From contig CAZTTH010000008.1 in NCBI GenBank assembly GCA_964615975.1, positions 13,814 through 77,813 of the forward strand: 64,000 nucleotides of DNA, read 5' to 3'. Each line of letters opens with the position of its first letter. Within the stretch, counting starts at the first letter, position 1. The position numbers and the translations under genes were made by a program. Under the pieces are notes generated by a model. It ran no database searches and was not told the origin of the DNA. It worked only from the letters and a program-made list of their open reading frames with translations. The DNA is from an uncultured Lentisphaerales bacterium. Its GTDB lineage: Bacteria; Verrucomicrobiota; Lentisphaeria; JABSQK01; JAJFLO01. This document shows, piece by piece, positions 24,887 to 35,603 of this stretch.

Positions 24887-25987
24887 TTATTCGCGCTGAA
24901 AACTGCCGTCTTCCACGCTAAATACTGCCGCCGGCTGCAAACGCTCGATCCAATGACGGTCGGTGCAGGTGACAAAGGCCTGCGGCGCCAGGCGCAATAT
25001 TTCCAGGAAGATCTCCTGACGGCGGGCATCCAGTTCATTCAGAACATCATCGACCAGATAGATGATACACTCTCGGTTTTTACTGTTTACTAATAATTGA
25101 CCGATGGCAAATTTCAACGCCAGCATCGCCAGACGGCATTGCCCTTGTGAGCCATAAAACCGCAGTGATACATCATCCATGACAATGGCAAAATCTTCGC
25201 GCTGAGGACCGCTTTGAGTATAGCCATTGCGACGATCACTATCCTCATTGTCTTTGAGGGTCCGCGCATAGGCGATTGCCAGATGATCCTCATTAATTTT
25301 TTTTATCTCGGCAGCGCAGGAAAATTGATAGTCGAGGATAATCCGATGGTGATCGACGATCCGATAATCCGTTTCTGCCAGTTGACGATTTATCTGCTGA
25401 CACACCTGATAACGCCGCAAGGCTATGGCGGCGCTCTTGCGCGTCAGTAATCCATCGAAAGCTGTCAGGCTCTCATTGTCGGGAGGATATTGGCGCAAGA
25501 GAATGTTACGCGACTTCAAACTGTGCGAGTAATCATTAAGCAAAAAAATATACTCGGGATGAATGAGCGCGGTAATCAGATCGATGAAACGGCGGCGATC
25601 AACACCGGTTCCCTGGACAACACGCAAATCCTGAGGAACAAATGCGACAGAGAGAAAATTATTGATATAATCACTGGCACGCCCAACCGCGGCGCCGGCG
25701 ATGGTCAATTGCGTCGTTTGACCAAACTTGATGGAAACCTGCTGGCTGATTCCACGATCATTGAACCGGGCATGAAGGGCAAAATTATCCCGTTGCCAGC
25801 GGCTTAAATTTTGTGTACCGGAACCACGAAAAGAACGTAAATAACAGATAAAATGGATGGCTTCGATGAGATTGGTTTTACCCTGTCCATTGGCGCCGAG
25901 AATCAGATTGATGCCGGGGACGGTTGTGATCGCCGCATTCTCGAGATTGCGAAAATCAACCGGTGTTATTTCTTCGAGTATTCCCAT
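24887..25987 (-). CDS. recF: DNA replication/repair protein RecF
   Basis: GINLILGANGQGKTNLIEAIHF Walker A, and the C-terminal SQGQCRLAMLALKFA...YLVDDVLNELD signature and Walker B. Confidence 0.9.
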   Translation of the reverse strand: MGILEEITPVDFRNLENAAITTVPGINLILGANGQGKTNLIEAIHFICYLRSFRGSGTQNLSRWQRDNFALHARFNDRGISQQVSIKFGQTTQLTIAGAAVGRASDYINNFLSVAFVPQDLRVVQGTGVDRRRFIDLITALIHPEYIFLLNDYSHSLKSRNILLRQYPPDNESLTAFDGLLTRKSAAIALRRYQVCQQINRQLAETDYRIVDHHRIILDYQFSCAAEIKKINEDHLAIAYARTLKDNEDSDRRNGYTQSGPQREDFAIVMDDVSLRFYGSQGQCRLAMLALKFAIGQLLVNSKNRECIIYLVDDVLNELDARRQEIFLEILRLAPQAFVTCTDRHWIERLQPAAVFSVEDGSFQRE

Positions 25988-26004
25988 GATCAGACAGGCT
26001 CACA

Positions 26005-26502
26005 TCAAACAAATTTCAGCAAATCTTCGAGATTGAGACGACGGGTGAACATGGCCAGTCGGCCATCGGTCGTGCGCGGCCAAAACTCTGGTGGACGATC
26101 CCAGTATAGCTCCACGCCATTGCGGTCGGGATCGCGCAAATATAATGCTTCACTCACTCCGTGGTCGGACGCGCCATCGAGTTTAATATCCGCCTTTATC
26201 AGCCGGCAGTAGGCATCGGCCAGGAGGGCACGGGAAGGATATAATATGGCCAGATGATACAGGCCGGTGGCATTATTGGGAGGAGGTTTCCCGCCCTGGC
26301 TCTCCCAGGTATTCAACCCGATATGATGATGGTAACCGCCCGCGGAGATAAATACCGCATCCTGCCCATAACGCTGCATTTCCTGAAAGCCAAGAACACC
26401 GCAATAAAAAGCCAAAGACCGATCAAGATCGGCTACCTTGAGATGGATGTGACCGATACGCACACCGGCATCGATTGGAGTATCCATGTCGATATCGGGC
26501 AT
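26005..26502 (-). CDS. VOC/glyoxalase-family protein
   Basis: IGHIHLKVADLDRSLAFYCGVLGF and HHIGLNTW are motifs of the vicinal oxygen chelate fold. Confidence 0.75.
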   Translation of the reverse strand: MPDIDMDTPIDAGVRIGHIHLKVADLDRSLAFYCGVLGFQEMQRYGQDAVFISAGGYHHHIGLNTWESQGGKPPPNNATGLYHLAILYPSRALLADAYCRLIKADIKLDGASDHGVSEALYLRDPDRNGVELYWDRPPEFWPRTTDGRLAMFTRRLNLEDLLKFV

Positions 26503-26661
26503 AAATAGTTTCCTTATATGCTGAGTGATGTTTTACTTAATGTTTTATGATTGGAATCGCTCCAAACTGACGATTGAATTTTTGTTTATATCCCAACGCG
26601 GCAAAACCATAAACAAACTAAATTTTTTCTGAAATGGTAAATGTTTTGTTTTTGAAAGAAT

Positions 26662-26718
26662 ATCCGTGTGCCTCCGATTCATTATCAGTGTTCATCCGCG
26701 CGATCCGTGGTTAAATTT
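26662..26718 (+). repeat. dispersed short repeat (ATCCGTGTG ... TTCATCCGCGCG ATCCGTGGTTAAATTTT)
   Basis: Same family as 15332-15365. It lies just downstream of the esterase stop codon. Confidence 0.55.
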
Positions 26719-26752
26719 TCTTAATTTTAAGCAGAAGTTTGTAAATATGCGT

Positions 26753-27391
26753 CTAACCGCCAGTCAATGACAACAGTAGCGTCCGCACATAATTGACTTC
26801 ATCCTGATTGATCACATGATTTGCACCAGGATAGATTCGTTCCGTTACACTCGCACCCATTCTCTGAAAAACCGTGCTAGACTCACGAACGCGTTGCACG
26901 GGGATATGCGGATCATTGTCGCTGCAACCAAGAAAAACCGGGGTCCCCAATAAGTTGCCCGGATAGTTAACCAATGTCCCGATCGGCCCAAAAAGACCGC
27001 CGCTCAACCCGACGATCCCGCCATATCGGCAGGGATAACGCGCCGCGAATTCCAAGGACAAACACGCGCCTTGTGAGAATCCCAGGACAACTATCTTTTC
27101 CCTGGGTATTCCGGCGGCTTCCACTGATTCGACCAACTTGTGTATCACCATAATACCTGATGAAATACCGGGTTCATTTTCAGGTATGGGGCGAATAAAA
27201 TTATATGGGTACCAGGTGCGGGAACTGGCCTGTGGCGCCAAATAAGAAAGGTTAATTTCCTTAAACTGATTTGCGAACTTTAACATATTTTCAGCTGTTG
27301 AACCGCGCCCATGGATCATGATCATCGCAGCCGTGGCTGATTCCAACGGTTCACCCCGGCGTAAAATCAGTTGTCCTTCATGTGGTTTCAT
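26753..27391 (-). CDS. alpha/beta hydrolase (phospholipase/carboxylesterase, MhqD-like)
   Basis: Nucleophile elbow GFSQGA. Length and order are typical of the carboxylesterase family. Confidence 0.75.
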   Translation of the reverse strand: MKPHEGQLILRRGEPLESATAAMIMIHGRGSTAENMLKFANQFKEINLSYLAPQASSRTWYPYNFIRPIPENEPGISSGIMVIHKLVESVEAAGIPREKIVVLGFSQGACLSLEFAARYPCRYGGIVGLSGGLFGPIGTLVNYPGNLLGTPVFLGCSDNDPHIPVQRVRESSTVFQRMGASVTERIYPGANHVINQDEVNYVRTLLLSLTGG

Positions 27392-27460
27392 GTTTTACTC
27401 CCTAAAATTTCGCTGGCAGTTAAGATCATCTATAGATGAATCACCCTGAGTATGTCTGGG

Positions 27461-28402
27461 TTAATGGTATTTTAATGGCGGCAAGGCGTTTTCGATGGTA
27501 GCGCGCTGTAATTCCAGCCAGGGCGGTAGTTTGAGATGGCCTCCTAATTCCGCGAGGGTTTCATCAACAGTGAATCCAGGCGGATCAGTGGCGATTTCAA
27601 AGAGAATATTATTGGGCTCGCGAAAATAAATCGAGTGAAAATATTGCCGATCGATAATCGGACTGACGTTATAACCATGCCTGATTAATTGATTCCGGAG
27701 TTGAAATTGTTTCTCTGCATCACGAACGCGAAACGCGATATGATGAATAGTCCCGATGCCGATTTGACCGTTTCTACCCGTCGGCTGTGATACCACATCC
27801 ACCATGGATCCTGGACCACCACTACCTGATTCATAACGCTGTCGATTACCCTCACAGTCAATCAGTCGAAAACCTAAAAGCTCGGTTAAAAGAAGTGTTG
27901 TGCGTTCATCATCAGTAACCGTCAAAACCGCATGATGAAATCCACGAATCACATGCTCAGCCGGAATATCATATGACGCCCATGTCTGACGGGATTCCTT
28001 CACTGAGGCCACCAATTCGATCGGCAATCCATCCGGATCATGAAACGTGATGCAGTCATCCTCAAAACGTGTTATCGGACCGGCAAAGGATATCATATTT
28101 TCCTGAAGCCGGTTGACCCAAAATTGGAGCGACTGCGGCGGGATTGAATAGGCGGTCACAGTAGTTTGACCAGTACCGGCGTTTCCGCGGTATCCATTCC
28201 TGGTCCAGGGAAAGAAGGTAACGATGGAACCGGGATTTCCGGAATAGTCGCCATAGTAAAGATGGAAGGTGCCTGGGTCATCGAAATTAATCGTTTTTTT
28301 GACCAGTCTCAATCCCAACACATGCGCATAAAAATCGACATTTTCCTGAGCGTCTCCGGCAATCGCGGTAAGATGATGAATCCCCTGTACAAGTGCGGTC
28401 AT
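27461..28402 (-). CDS. ring-cleaving dioxygenase, two-domain VOC family (MhqA/MhqO-like)
   Basis: GIHHLTAIAGDAQENVDFYAHVLGLRLVKKTINFDDPGTFHLYYGD and a second VOC repeat (HHIAFRV...YFREP). Confidence 0.75.
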   Translation of the reverse strand: MTALVQGIHHLTAIAGDAQENVDFYAHVLGLRLVKKTINFDDPGTFHLYYGDYSGNPGSIVTFFPWTRNGYRGNAGTGQTTVTAYSIPPQSLQFWVNRLQENMISFAGPITRFEDDCITFHDPDGLPIELVASVKESRQTWASYDIPAEHVIRGFHHAVLTVTDDERTTLLLTELLGFRLIDCEGNRQRYESGSGGPGSMVDVVSQPTGRNGQIGIGTIHHIAFRVRDAEKQFQLRNQLIRHGYNVSPIIDRQYFHSIYFREPNNILFEIATDPPGFTVDETLAELGGHLKLPPWLELQRATIENALPPLKYH

Positions 28403-28462
28403 CTTATGCCTGGTGCTATTCGCGCTGCTGGATGGGATGGTTTCAACAGAACGATAACCTAA

Positions 28463-29557
28463 TCACCCGCGCATCGGCATGATCACATAGAGAAACCCTT
28501 CATCACCCAGAATTACCACGGGTTTGAATTCGTCGTTAAACCGCAGGGTCAGATCATCACACTCAAGATTTTTCAATGGTTCCTTGATAAACAGAGGATT
28601 AAAATTGATAATTACAGGGTCACCGACATATGCGACCGTGATTGGTTCTTCAGCCTCGCCAATCTCGGCAGACATTGCGCTCAATATCATCAAATCGTTT
28701 CCGAGCTTCATCTTCACTGACGCGCTGCCATCATTGAGAACCATGGAGACACGATTCATTACTTCAGAGAATTCTTCACGTGGAAGTATAACCGAATTAT
28801 TGAAAGAAGCCGGAATGACCTGGCGATAATTGGGATAAGTGCCATCAACTAATTTTGATGTCAAAATCGTCCCTGGTATAATAAATTGAACATACGATTG
28901 TGAGAGTTTTATAATAATCTCCCCCTCGGATTCAAGAAGTTTCTGGAGTTCATTTACCACTTTGGTCGGCATGATGATATCACTGTCGATGAGGTTCTTG
29001 TTGGAATCGAAAACTTTTTCGACCATGGCCAGACGCCGTCCATCGGTTGCCACTGTTGTCATGGTACAATCACGGATGCTGAGGAGAATGCCATTTAAAA
29101 CCACGCGGCTGGGATCATTGCTCATGGCATATGAAATTTTACGCAGGTTCTTGGCCAGCTCGAGTTTTTGCAGAATGATTTCCTGTTCACCGTCAAATTC
29201 GATTTGTTTGGGGAACGAGGCCGGATCCAATCCCATGATTTTAAATAAGGCCCGCCCGCATGAAATGGTGGTAATTAACTGGTCATTGGTATCCAGGGTG
29301 ACGATACCATCGGGAAATGTCCCAACTATCTGGGCAAACTTTTTTGCGGGAATGGTCGTTTGTCCGGATTTTTCAACCGTGGCATCGATGGTTGTGACAA
29401 TGGTAATTTCATTATCAGAGGTGGTCAGCCATAACTGATTGTCTTTGGTTTCCAATAAGACGTTATTCAAAATTGCCATGGTGGTCCGATTGGCGACGAC
29501 ATTCAATACCTTTTTCAAGGCGTCATTGAGTAATTTCGAAGGTACAAGTAACCTCAT
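28463..29557 (-). CDS. dnaN: DNA polymerase III beta sliding clamp
   Basis: 364 aa. LLNDALKKVLNVVANRTTMAILNNVLLE, ATDGRRLA, and the C-terminal YVIMPMR. Confidence 0.9.
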   Translation of the reverse strand: MRLLVPSKLLNDALKKVLNVVANRTTMAILNNVLLETKDNQLWLTTSDNEITIVTTIDATVEKSGQTTIPAKKFAQIVGTFPDGIVTLDTNDQLITTISCGRALFKIMGLDPASFPKQIEFDGEQEIILQKLELAKNLRKISYAMSNDPSRVVLNGILLSIRDCTMTTVATDGRRLAMVEKVFDSNKNLIDSDIIMPTKVVNELQKLLESEGEIIIKLSQSYVQFIIPGTILTSKLVDGTYPNYRQVIPASFNNSVILPREEFSEVMNRVSMVLNDGSASVKMKLGNDLMILSAMSAEIGEAEEPITVAYVGDPVIINFNPLFIKEPLKNLECDDLTLRFNDEFKPVVILGDEGFLYVIMPMRG

Positions 29558-29901
29558 GTTAAATCCCCGTGTTAGCGATTGAGAGCAGTTATTGGTTTAG
29601 TGATAATTGTTAATATAAGTATTGGTATAATAAACTTTAAACTTAATATTATAAGCTGTTAGTATGTTGACAAATTTTCCTTCTTATTGAAATTCAAACC
29701 AGTTACGTCAGAATATACCTGTTTATAACCCTATTCATAGTTTTAGCCGATTTGTTGATAGATTGGTTATTGATATTTTATTAACAACTTGTTTTAATTA
29801 TATCAAATGCATCTTTTGACGCGTGGCTGCGGTTTGATGTCACCAATCAGTGGTGAATGGTTTGAGTCAATTCAATTTATGGTATCTTATACTTACATCT
29901 T

Positions 29902-30543
29902 ATGACAGCAAATGATATCGATTCATTATTATTGAGATTTCCTGAATTACATTCCTGCCAGGTGGATATCGATATGGCATTAAAAACCATGATTTTGGTG
30001 CTGGAAAGTGATGGCCATATTTACATATGTGGAAATGGCGGGAGTGCTGCGGATGCCGAACACATGACCACGGAGTTGGTGAAGAGTTTTGTAATGCCAC
30101 GACCACTTGATGAGGATTTTCAGGTGCGATTATGTGAGGATTTTCACGAGACTGGCCGGTATTTAGCCACTCACCTGGAGAATGGATTGCGAGTATCATC
30201 GTTAACCAGTAATGCGGCGTTTATCACTGCCATGTCCAATGATGTGGGGGCTGATCTGATTTTTGCCCAACAGATTCTGGCTTTGGGAAAAAAAGGAGAT
30301 TTACTGATTTGTATCAGCACCTCAGGGAACTCAGCCAACGTGTGTCACGCCGCGCGGGTGGCGAAAACCATAGGGATGAAAACTGGAGCATTAACCGGGA
30401 GGAAGGGAGGAACAATTGCCACGATCTGCGATTGGTCCATCAAGGTTCCTGTGACTGAAACTTATCGGATTCAGGAGCTTCATTTACCGGTATATCACTT
30501 TCTATCGGCTGCGATGGAAAATCACTTTTTTGCTAATAACTAA
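29902..30543 (+). CDS. SIS-domain protein (phosphoheptose isomerase GmhA / DiaA-like)
   Basis: [18 protein letters not shown] and [10 protein letters not shown] are SIS motifs. Confidence 0.75.
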   Translation: MTANDIDSLLLRFPELHSCQVDIDMALKTMILVLESDGHIYICGNGGSAADAEHMTTELVKSFVMPRPLDEDFQVRLCEDFHETGRYLATHLENGLRVSSLTSNAAFITAMSNDVGADLIFAQQILALGKKGDLLICISTSGNSANVCHAARVAKTIGMKTGALTGRKGGTIATICDWSIKVPVTETYRIQELHLPVYHFLSAAMENHFFANN

Positions 30544-30557
30544 CTGAGGAGGTCAAT

Positions 30558-31628
30558 ATGGCAATCGAAATGAGTGATTTGTTGCAATTAATTTTGGATG
30601 AAGGAGGGAGCGATCTTCATATTTCAACGAATGTTCCGCCTGCCATCCGTATGAATGGCAAAATGGTGTGTCTTGATGCCGATCCATTGACTCCGGAAGA
30701 TTCAGAACGGCTAATGAAATCAGTAACATCCGAGCCGAATCAACAGAAGATCAGGCAACAGGGGGGATGTGATTTTGGCTTTGCCTTTGGCGATCAGGCA
30801 CGCTTTCGTGTCAGTGTACTCAAGCAGAAAGGGGCGATCGGCATGGTGCTCCGCGTGATCCCCAATAAGCTGCTCACCATGGAACAAATCGGTCTGCCCC
30901 CCATGATCAAGGATTTGCTCTTCCGTCCACGCGGATTGGTACTCGTGACTGGACCGACGGGGAGCGGTAAATCCACCACCCTGGCTTCAATGATTAATAT
31001 TATTAATGAAGAACGAGATGATCACATCATCACCATCGAGGATCCAATTGAATTTTATCATCCCCATAAAAAATGCATTGTCACCCAACGCGAGGTCGGC
31101 GTCGATGTGCCATCATTTGCCGAAGCCTTGCGCCGCGCCCTGCGGCAGGACCCGGATATCATCCTGGTGGGAGAAATGCGCGATCTGGAAACCATTGAGG
31201 CTGCTGTCTCCGCCGCGGAAACCGGACATTTGGTCTTTGGCACTCTCCACACCACGGGCGCCGCTGAAACCATTGATCGCATAGTGGATGCCTTTCCCAG
31301 CACTCAACAGGAACAAATTCGGACGCAGTTGGCCTCTTCGATCGTTGCTGTCATCTCCCAAGTGTTGATGCCAAGATCCGATAAACCCGGACGGGTTGCC
31401 GGCTTCGAGATCATGGTGAACACACCGTCCATCAAAGCATTGATTCGGGATGGAAAAACCTTTCGTATCACCTCGGATATTCAGACCGGAGCCAAATTTG
31501 GCATGAATACATTGGATGCTCATCTAACCAGTCTTTACGAGAAAAATATGATCACTTATGGTGAATTGATCACGAAATGCAAAGACCCTCAGGGTATCAT
31601 TCAAAGTTTGCAGGGAAGTAAAAATTAG
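30558..31628 (+). CDS. pilT: type IV pilus retraction ATPase PilT
   Basis: [10 protein letters not shown] Walker [23 protein letters not shown] and [10 protein letters not shown]. Confidence 0.9.
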   Translation: MAIEMSDLLQLILDEGGSDLHISTNVPPAIRMNGKMVCLDADPLTPEDSERLMKSVTSEPNQQKIRQQGGCDFGFAFGDQARFRVSVLKQKGAIGMVLRVIPNKLLTMEQIGLPPMIKDLLFRPRGLVLVTGPTGSGKSTTLASMINIINEERDDHIITIEDPIEFYHPHKKCIVTQREVGVDVPSFAEALRRALRQDPDIILVGEMRDLETIEAAVSAAETGHLVFGTLHTTGAAETIDRIVDAFPSTQQEQIRTQLASSIVAVISQVLMPRSDKPGRVAGFEIMVNTPSIKALIRDGKTFRITSDIQTGAKFGMNTLDAHLTSLYEKNMITYGELITKCKDPQGIIQSLQGSKN

Positions 31629-31718
31629 TATAAAGTAGATTTTGCTGTAAGATATGTATCGGACCAGCCGCAACTGTGGCGTAATTTCCGACTTAATTAT
31701 TTATTTGGAGCGTGGTTT

Positions 31719-32984
31719 ATGCCAAAATTCAACTATGTCGCAATGGACGGTCAGGGAAAGGAACAAAAAGGGACGCTTGATGCCGATAATGAAAATGATG
31801 CCTCATCAAAATTAAAAGAAAAAGGCCTTTTTCCTACCAGTATTAACGAAGAAAAAGGCTCAGGAGGAGGCAAGGGAGGCGCGGCTAAATCCCGTACCAC
31901 GGGTAAGAAAAAAGGGATCAACATTTCTCTTGGTTCCCCAACCATAAGCATCAAAATATTATGCCAATTTACCCGGCAATTGGCGACCTTATTGGATGCG
32001 GGGCTGCCGCTTCTCAGAGCCTTGAGAACATTGGAAAAGCAGGCTCCCGATAAAAATGCCAAAAAAGTATTTGGCGATATCGCCGAGAGTGTTGAAGGCG
32101 GCAAGACCTTTTCTGAAGCGTTGATGAAACATCCCAAATCTTATAACAAACTTTATGTCAACATGATCAGGGCTGGTGAAGCTTCCGGCGCCATGGAATC
32201 AGTGTTGAACCGGCTGGCTGAATTCATGGAGAAATCGGCAAAATTAAAAGCGAAAGTCAAAGCCGCGATGACCTATCCGTTGGCGGTATTGTTTATCGCG
32301 GGCGGCATCACCTCTGGGTTGATGGTCTTCATTGTACCAAAATTCGCCAAAATGTTTGATGAAATGTTAGCCGGAGAACCCTTGCCTGGCCTGACACAAT
32401 TCGTTATGGGCATCAGCAATGTCATGAGTCATTATGCCATTCATGCGGCCGTGGGTGCGTTTGTCGGCTGGATAATTTTCAAGCAACTTATGAAAACCAA
32501 ATTAGGATCTTATTTATTTGATCTGATTGTCATCAAATGTCCGCCCTTCAGCGGATTGGTCGTCAAGGTTTCTGTCGCCCGGTTTTGTTCAACTCTAGGG
32601 ACATTAATGAGCTCGGGAGTGTCGATTTTAAATGCCTTGTTAATCGTGCGCGACACAACCGCAAATCAATTGATCGCCAATGCCGTGCAGGTTACCCATG
32701 ATGCCGTCGCTGAAGGGGAAGGGGTAACCAGACCCTTGGAATCAGCAAAAATATTTCCGGGAATGGTCATCAGCATGATCGAGGTGGGCGAGGAAACCGG
32801 CGCCTTGCCGGACATGTTGGCTCGAGTTGCCAAAACCTATGAAGAAGAAGTCGATTTGGCAGTCGATGCGTTGACATCATTGATCGAGCCGCTGATGATC
32901 TGTTTTTTGGCTGTGGTTGTCGGCGGTATTGTCATCGCGCTCTTCATGCCCCTGATCAAACTGATAGATTCACTGGGCGGATAA
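31719..32984 (+). CDS. pilC: type II secretion / type IV pilus platform protein (GspF/PilC family)
   Basis: Two GspF repeats (FTRQLATLLDAGLPLLRAL; FCSTLGTLMSSGVSILNAL) and three TM segments. Confidence 0.85.
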   Translation: MPKFNYVAMDGQGKEQKGTLDADNENDASSKLKEKGLFPTSINEEKGSGGGKGGAAKSRTTGKKKGINISLGSPTISIKILCQFTRQLATLLDAGLPLLRALRTLEKQAPDKNAKKVFGDIAESVEGGKTFSEALMKHPKSYNKLYVNMIRAGEASGAMESVLNRLAEFMEKSAKLKAKVKAAMTYPLAVLFIAGGITSGLMVFIVPKFAKMFDEMLAGEPLPGLTQFVMGISNVMSHYAIHAAVGAFVGWIIFKQLMKTKLGSYLFDLIVIKCPPFSGLVVKVSVARFCSTLGTLMSSGVSILNALLIVRDTTANQLIANAVQVTHDAVAEGEGVTRPLESAKIFPGMVISMIEVGEETGALPDMLARVAKTYEEEVDLAVDALTSLIEPLMICFLAVVVGGIVIALFMPLIKLIDSLGG

Positions 32985-32998
32985 TCGTCCTGCGGTAT

Positions 32999-33952
32999 TT
33001 ACTTGGTTTGTAATCCGATACGAACTTCCAGGGTTAGCGGGGTGATTTCCAGCGGGACACAATCATTGGCATCGACCCAAAGGTGAACCGGAAGTCGGCA
33101 GGTGCCAATCGTGGATATCTTTGAGATATCAATGAATGGACGCAGCGACGAATTGCTCAAGGCGTCCATTACCCCTTTGGGGCCATTGACCACTGCTTCC
33201 GCCTTGAGAGACCCTCCCGATAAAATCTCCGCCACGTAAAAATCCTTGTTTGAGGAATTCATTATGGCAATGTCAAGATCACTGAATAATTTGGAATCTC
33301 GCATCTTATAAAGCTCGACAGTGACTTTGACTTTTTCCGGTGTGATGGTGACCTGAGGGAGTTTCTCGAGGGCGATTTCGATTTCAAAATCCTGCATGAT
33401 CGATTTATCCAGCTTGATTGGCTCGGTGGTAATATCTCTGATACCCCTGATGGTTTTGGAGGGTCCGGTTATTTGCACGATCTTGGGGACAATGATCAGG
33501 TTTTTCCGTCCATAATCCTCCGGTAATTGACCATCAAAACGACATCGGATGGGCACGGAATCCTTGGTTTCAACCTGATCAATATAAACGTGGAATGAAT
33601 TGGGTTGAATATCAACCACTTCCATATGACCGGGTAATTCGATATTTTTGTCCCTTAACTGCACGGTATAGCGTCCGTTGGTGGCTTCTTCGCTTATCTG
33701 ACCAAAAACTTTGATATCGGCATTGGTCATATTTTTCAACCGCTTTTTTGACCCTTTAACCGTGACATTTACTTTGGGTAATTCCTGTTCGCCGACAGTG
33801 ATTGATTTGTTATGTTTCAAGGTGATGGGGATATCGCGATACACTTCTTCTTCGCTCAATTGTTTATGGACGGAATACCAGATGAGGAAAGCGCAGGTAA
33901 ATGCCATAAGTTTCCGTGGCAAGTCGATGCGAAGCGGCCCATGCAATTTCAT
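32999..33952 (-). CDS. YbbR-domain protein (CdaR-like regulator of CdaA)
   Basis: N-terminal TM followed by repeated YbbR-like beta modules. Overlaps and is coupled to the upstream cdaA. Confidence 0.65.
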   Translation of the reverse strand: MKLHGPLRIDLPRKLMAFTCAFLIWYSVHKQLSEEEVYRDIPITLKHNKSITVGEQELPKVNVTVKGSKKRLKNMTNADIKVFGQISEEATNGRYTVQLRDKNIELPGHMEVVDIQPNSFHVYIDQVETKDSVPIRCRFDGQLPEDYGRKNLIIVPKIVQITGPSKTIRGIRDITTEPIKLDKSIMQDFEIEIALEKLPQVTITPEKVKVTVELYKMRDSKLFSDLDIAIMNSSNKDFYVAEILSGGSLKAEAVVNGPKGVMDALSNSSLRPFIDISKISTIGTCRLPVHLWVDANDCVPLEITPLTLEVRIGLQTK

Positions 33953-34851
33953 GACGATTTTTCCTTTTCCATGTTTTTCATGACCGGCAAGGACTTGACG
34001 ATTGAGGTGATTTGGGATTTTAAGTCGATTGATTTCCCTGCCAGAACGATTCCGGTCTTATCTTTTTTTACCAGATAATTGAGGAGGTGACGCCCCAGTC
34101 TCTCCGCGTTAATATTGCGCACCAACTTGCCTTTGTGTGCCAGGCTGACAAAACCCTCTTCTTCCGAGACAATGATCGAGACGGCATCAGTTTCTTCCGT
34201 GATCCCGACCCCGGCGCGATGTCGGGTCCCCATGGATTTGCCAATTTCAGCCTGAGTCAGAGGAAAAAAGCATGCAGCCGAGAGGATGATGCCGTTTTTA
34301 ATCACGACCGCGCCATCATGAAGGGGCGTATTGGGATAAAAAATCGTCGAGAGCAATTCAGAGGATACGGGCGCATTGATCTTGACCCCGGCTTCGGTGT
34401 AAAACCGCATGCCGATATCCCTTTCGATGGTAATCAAAGCGCCGATCTTTTTTTCCGCCAGGCTATAGGCGGAGTGAATCAATGCGTTGATGGTTTCTTC
34501 TTTCGTTTTAGCCGTGCTGATCAAGCGGTGAGGATTGACTCCGATTTCGGCAAATACACTGCGAATTTCGGGTTGAAAGATGATCAACAGCGCAAAAAAC
34601 ATTAATGCGGGGAGCTTGGCGATAATCCACTCAATGACTTCCAATCCGAAAATCTGAGAAAGGATCCACCCGCTGAGAATGGTAATGACAATTCCCACCA
34701 GTATGGGTTCCGCGCGGGTCCCTTTCAAAAACAATAAAACCGTGTAGATAATAACCGTCAGTAATCCGATCTGAATTATAAATTGCACCATTTCGCGCAA
34801 AGGCGTCCAGTATCTTCCGAAATACTCGATTGCGGTTACCAGGTTTTCCAT
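33949..34851 (-). CDS. cdaA: diadenylate cyclase CdaA
   Basis: Three N-terminal TM helices plus a DAC domain (GALITIERD, PLHDGAVVI, GTRHRAGVGITE). Confidence 0.85.
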   Translation of the reverse strand: MENLVTAIEYFGRYWTPLREMVQFIIQIGLLTVIIYTVLLFLKGTRAEPILVGIVITILSGWILSQIFGLEVIEWIIAKLPALMFFALLIIFQPEIRSVFAEIGVNPHRLISTAKTKEETINALIHSAYSLAEKKIGALITIERDIGMRFYTEAGVKINAPVSSELLSTIFYPNTPLHDGAVVIKNGIILSAACFFPLTQAEIGKSMGTRHRAGVGITEETDAVSIIVSEEEGFVSLAHKGKLVRNINAERLGRHLLNYLVKKDKTGIVLAGKSIDLKSQITSIVKSLPVMKNMEKEKSS

Positions 34852-34881
34852 AAGTAGGGTGCGATTAAAAATCCAGTGTTA

Positions 34882-35469
34882 TCATGATTCAATGAGTGTG
34901 CAAGCCTTTTGATGCTCCGTATGCAAAATTCCAATATAGGGCAGCTGGCGATAATATTCATTATAATCCAAGCCATAGCCAATTACGAACTGATCATCAA
35001 TCGAAAAGCCCTGATAGTCTGGGATTATTGCCGGCGGGGTGTGGCGTTTCTTATTTAATAATACACAGCAGCGCAAGCTGTCAGGGTGATGTAACGCAAA
35101 ATCCTTCATGAGCGCGTCCAGGGTAAAACCAGTATCCAAAATGTCATCGATGATCAGTACATGTCGGTGGTGCAGCGGCAGTTTTAAGTCTGAGCGAACG
35201 TTGAGGGCGCCTGTGCTCGCGGTTCCTCGATAGGAGGAAACCGGGTAGACATCGTAGCGGATGGAAATGGTCAGCTTGCGGATCAGATCGGCGGCAAAGA
35301 CTATGGCGCCGTTGGCGATAATAACAAGATCAAGAATTTTACCATCGTAATCCGTGCTTAACTGGGCCGCAAGTTCACTCGTCCGGGCACGCAATGCTGC
35401 CGCGGTTATCAGCGGTTTGATTTGGCGATTATCTAGAGGATGTATCATGGTAATGAAAATAGACTGCAC
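34882..35469 (-). CDS. hpt: hypoxanthine phosphoribosyltransferase
   Basis: HVLIIDDILDTGFTL PRPP-binding motif and GYGLDYNEYYRQLPYI. The true start may be the internal Met (MIHPLD). Confidence 0.85.
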   Translation of the reverse strand: MQSIFITMIHPLDNRQIKPLITAAALRARTSELAAQLSTDYDGKILDLVIIANGAIVFAADLIRKLTISIRYDVYPVSSYRGTASTGALNVRSDLKLPLHHRHVLIIDDILDTGFTLDALMKDFALHHPDSLRCCVLLNKKRHTPPAIIPDYQGFSIDDQFVIGYGLDYNEYYRQLPYIGILHTEHQKACTLIES

Positions 35470-35603
35470 GCAGTCGAATTTATGAACATCGTCGTTCCAA
35501 TCAGGCTGGTAATCGTGTGATCTTGTTCTAAAACCTGATTATGTTTAGTAGATTTGTCAGCAATACAACTTGAAACCTAACGCCAATATTCCCGGATGTA
35601 ATC

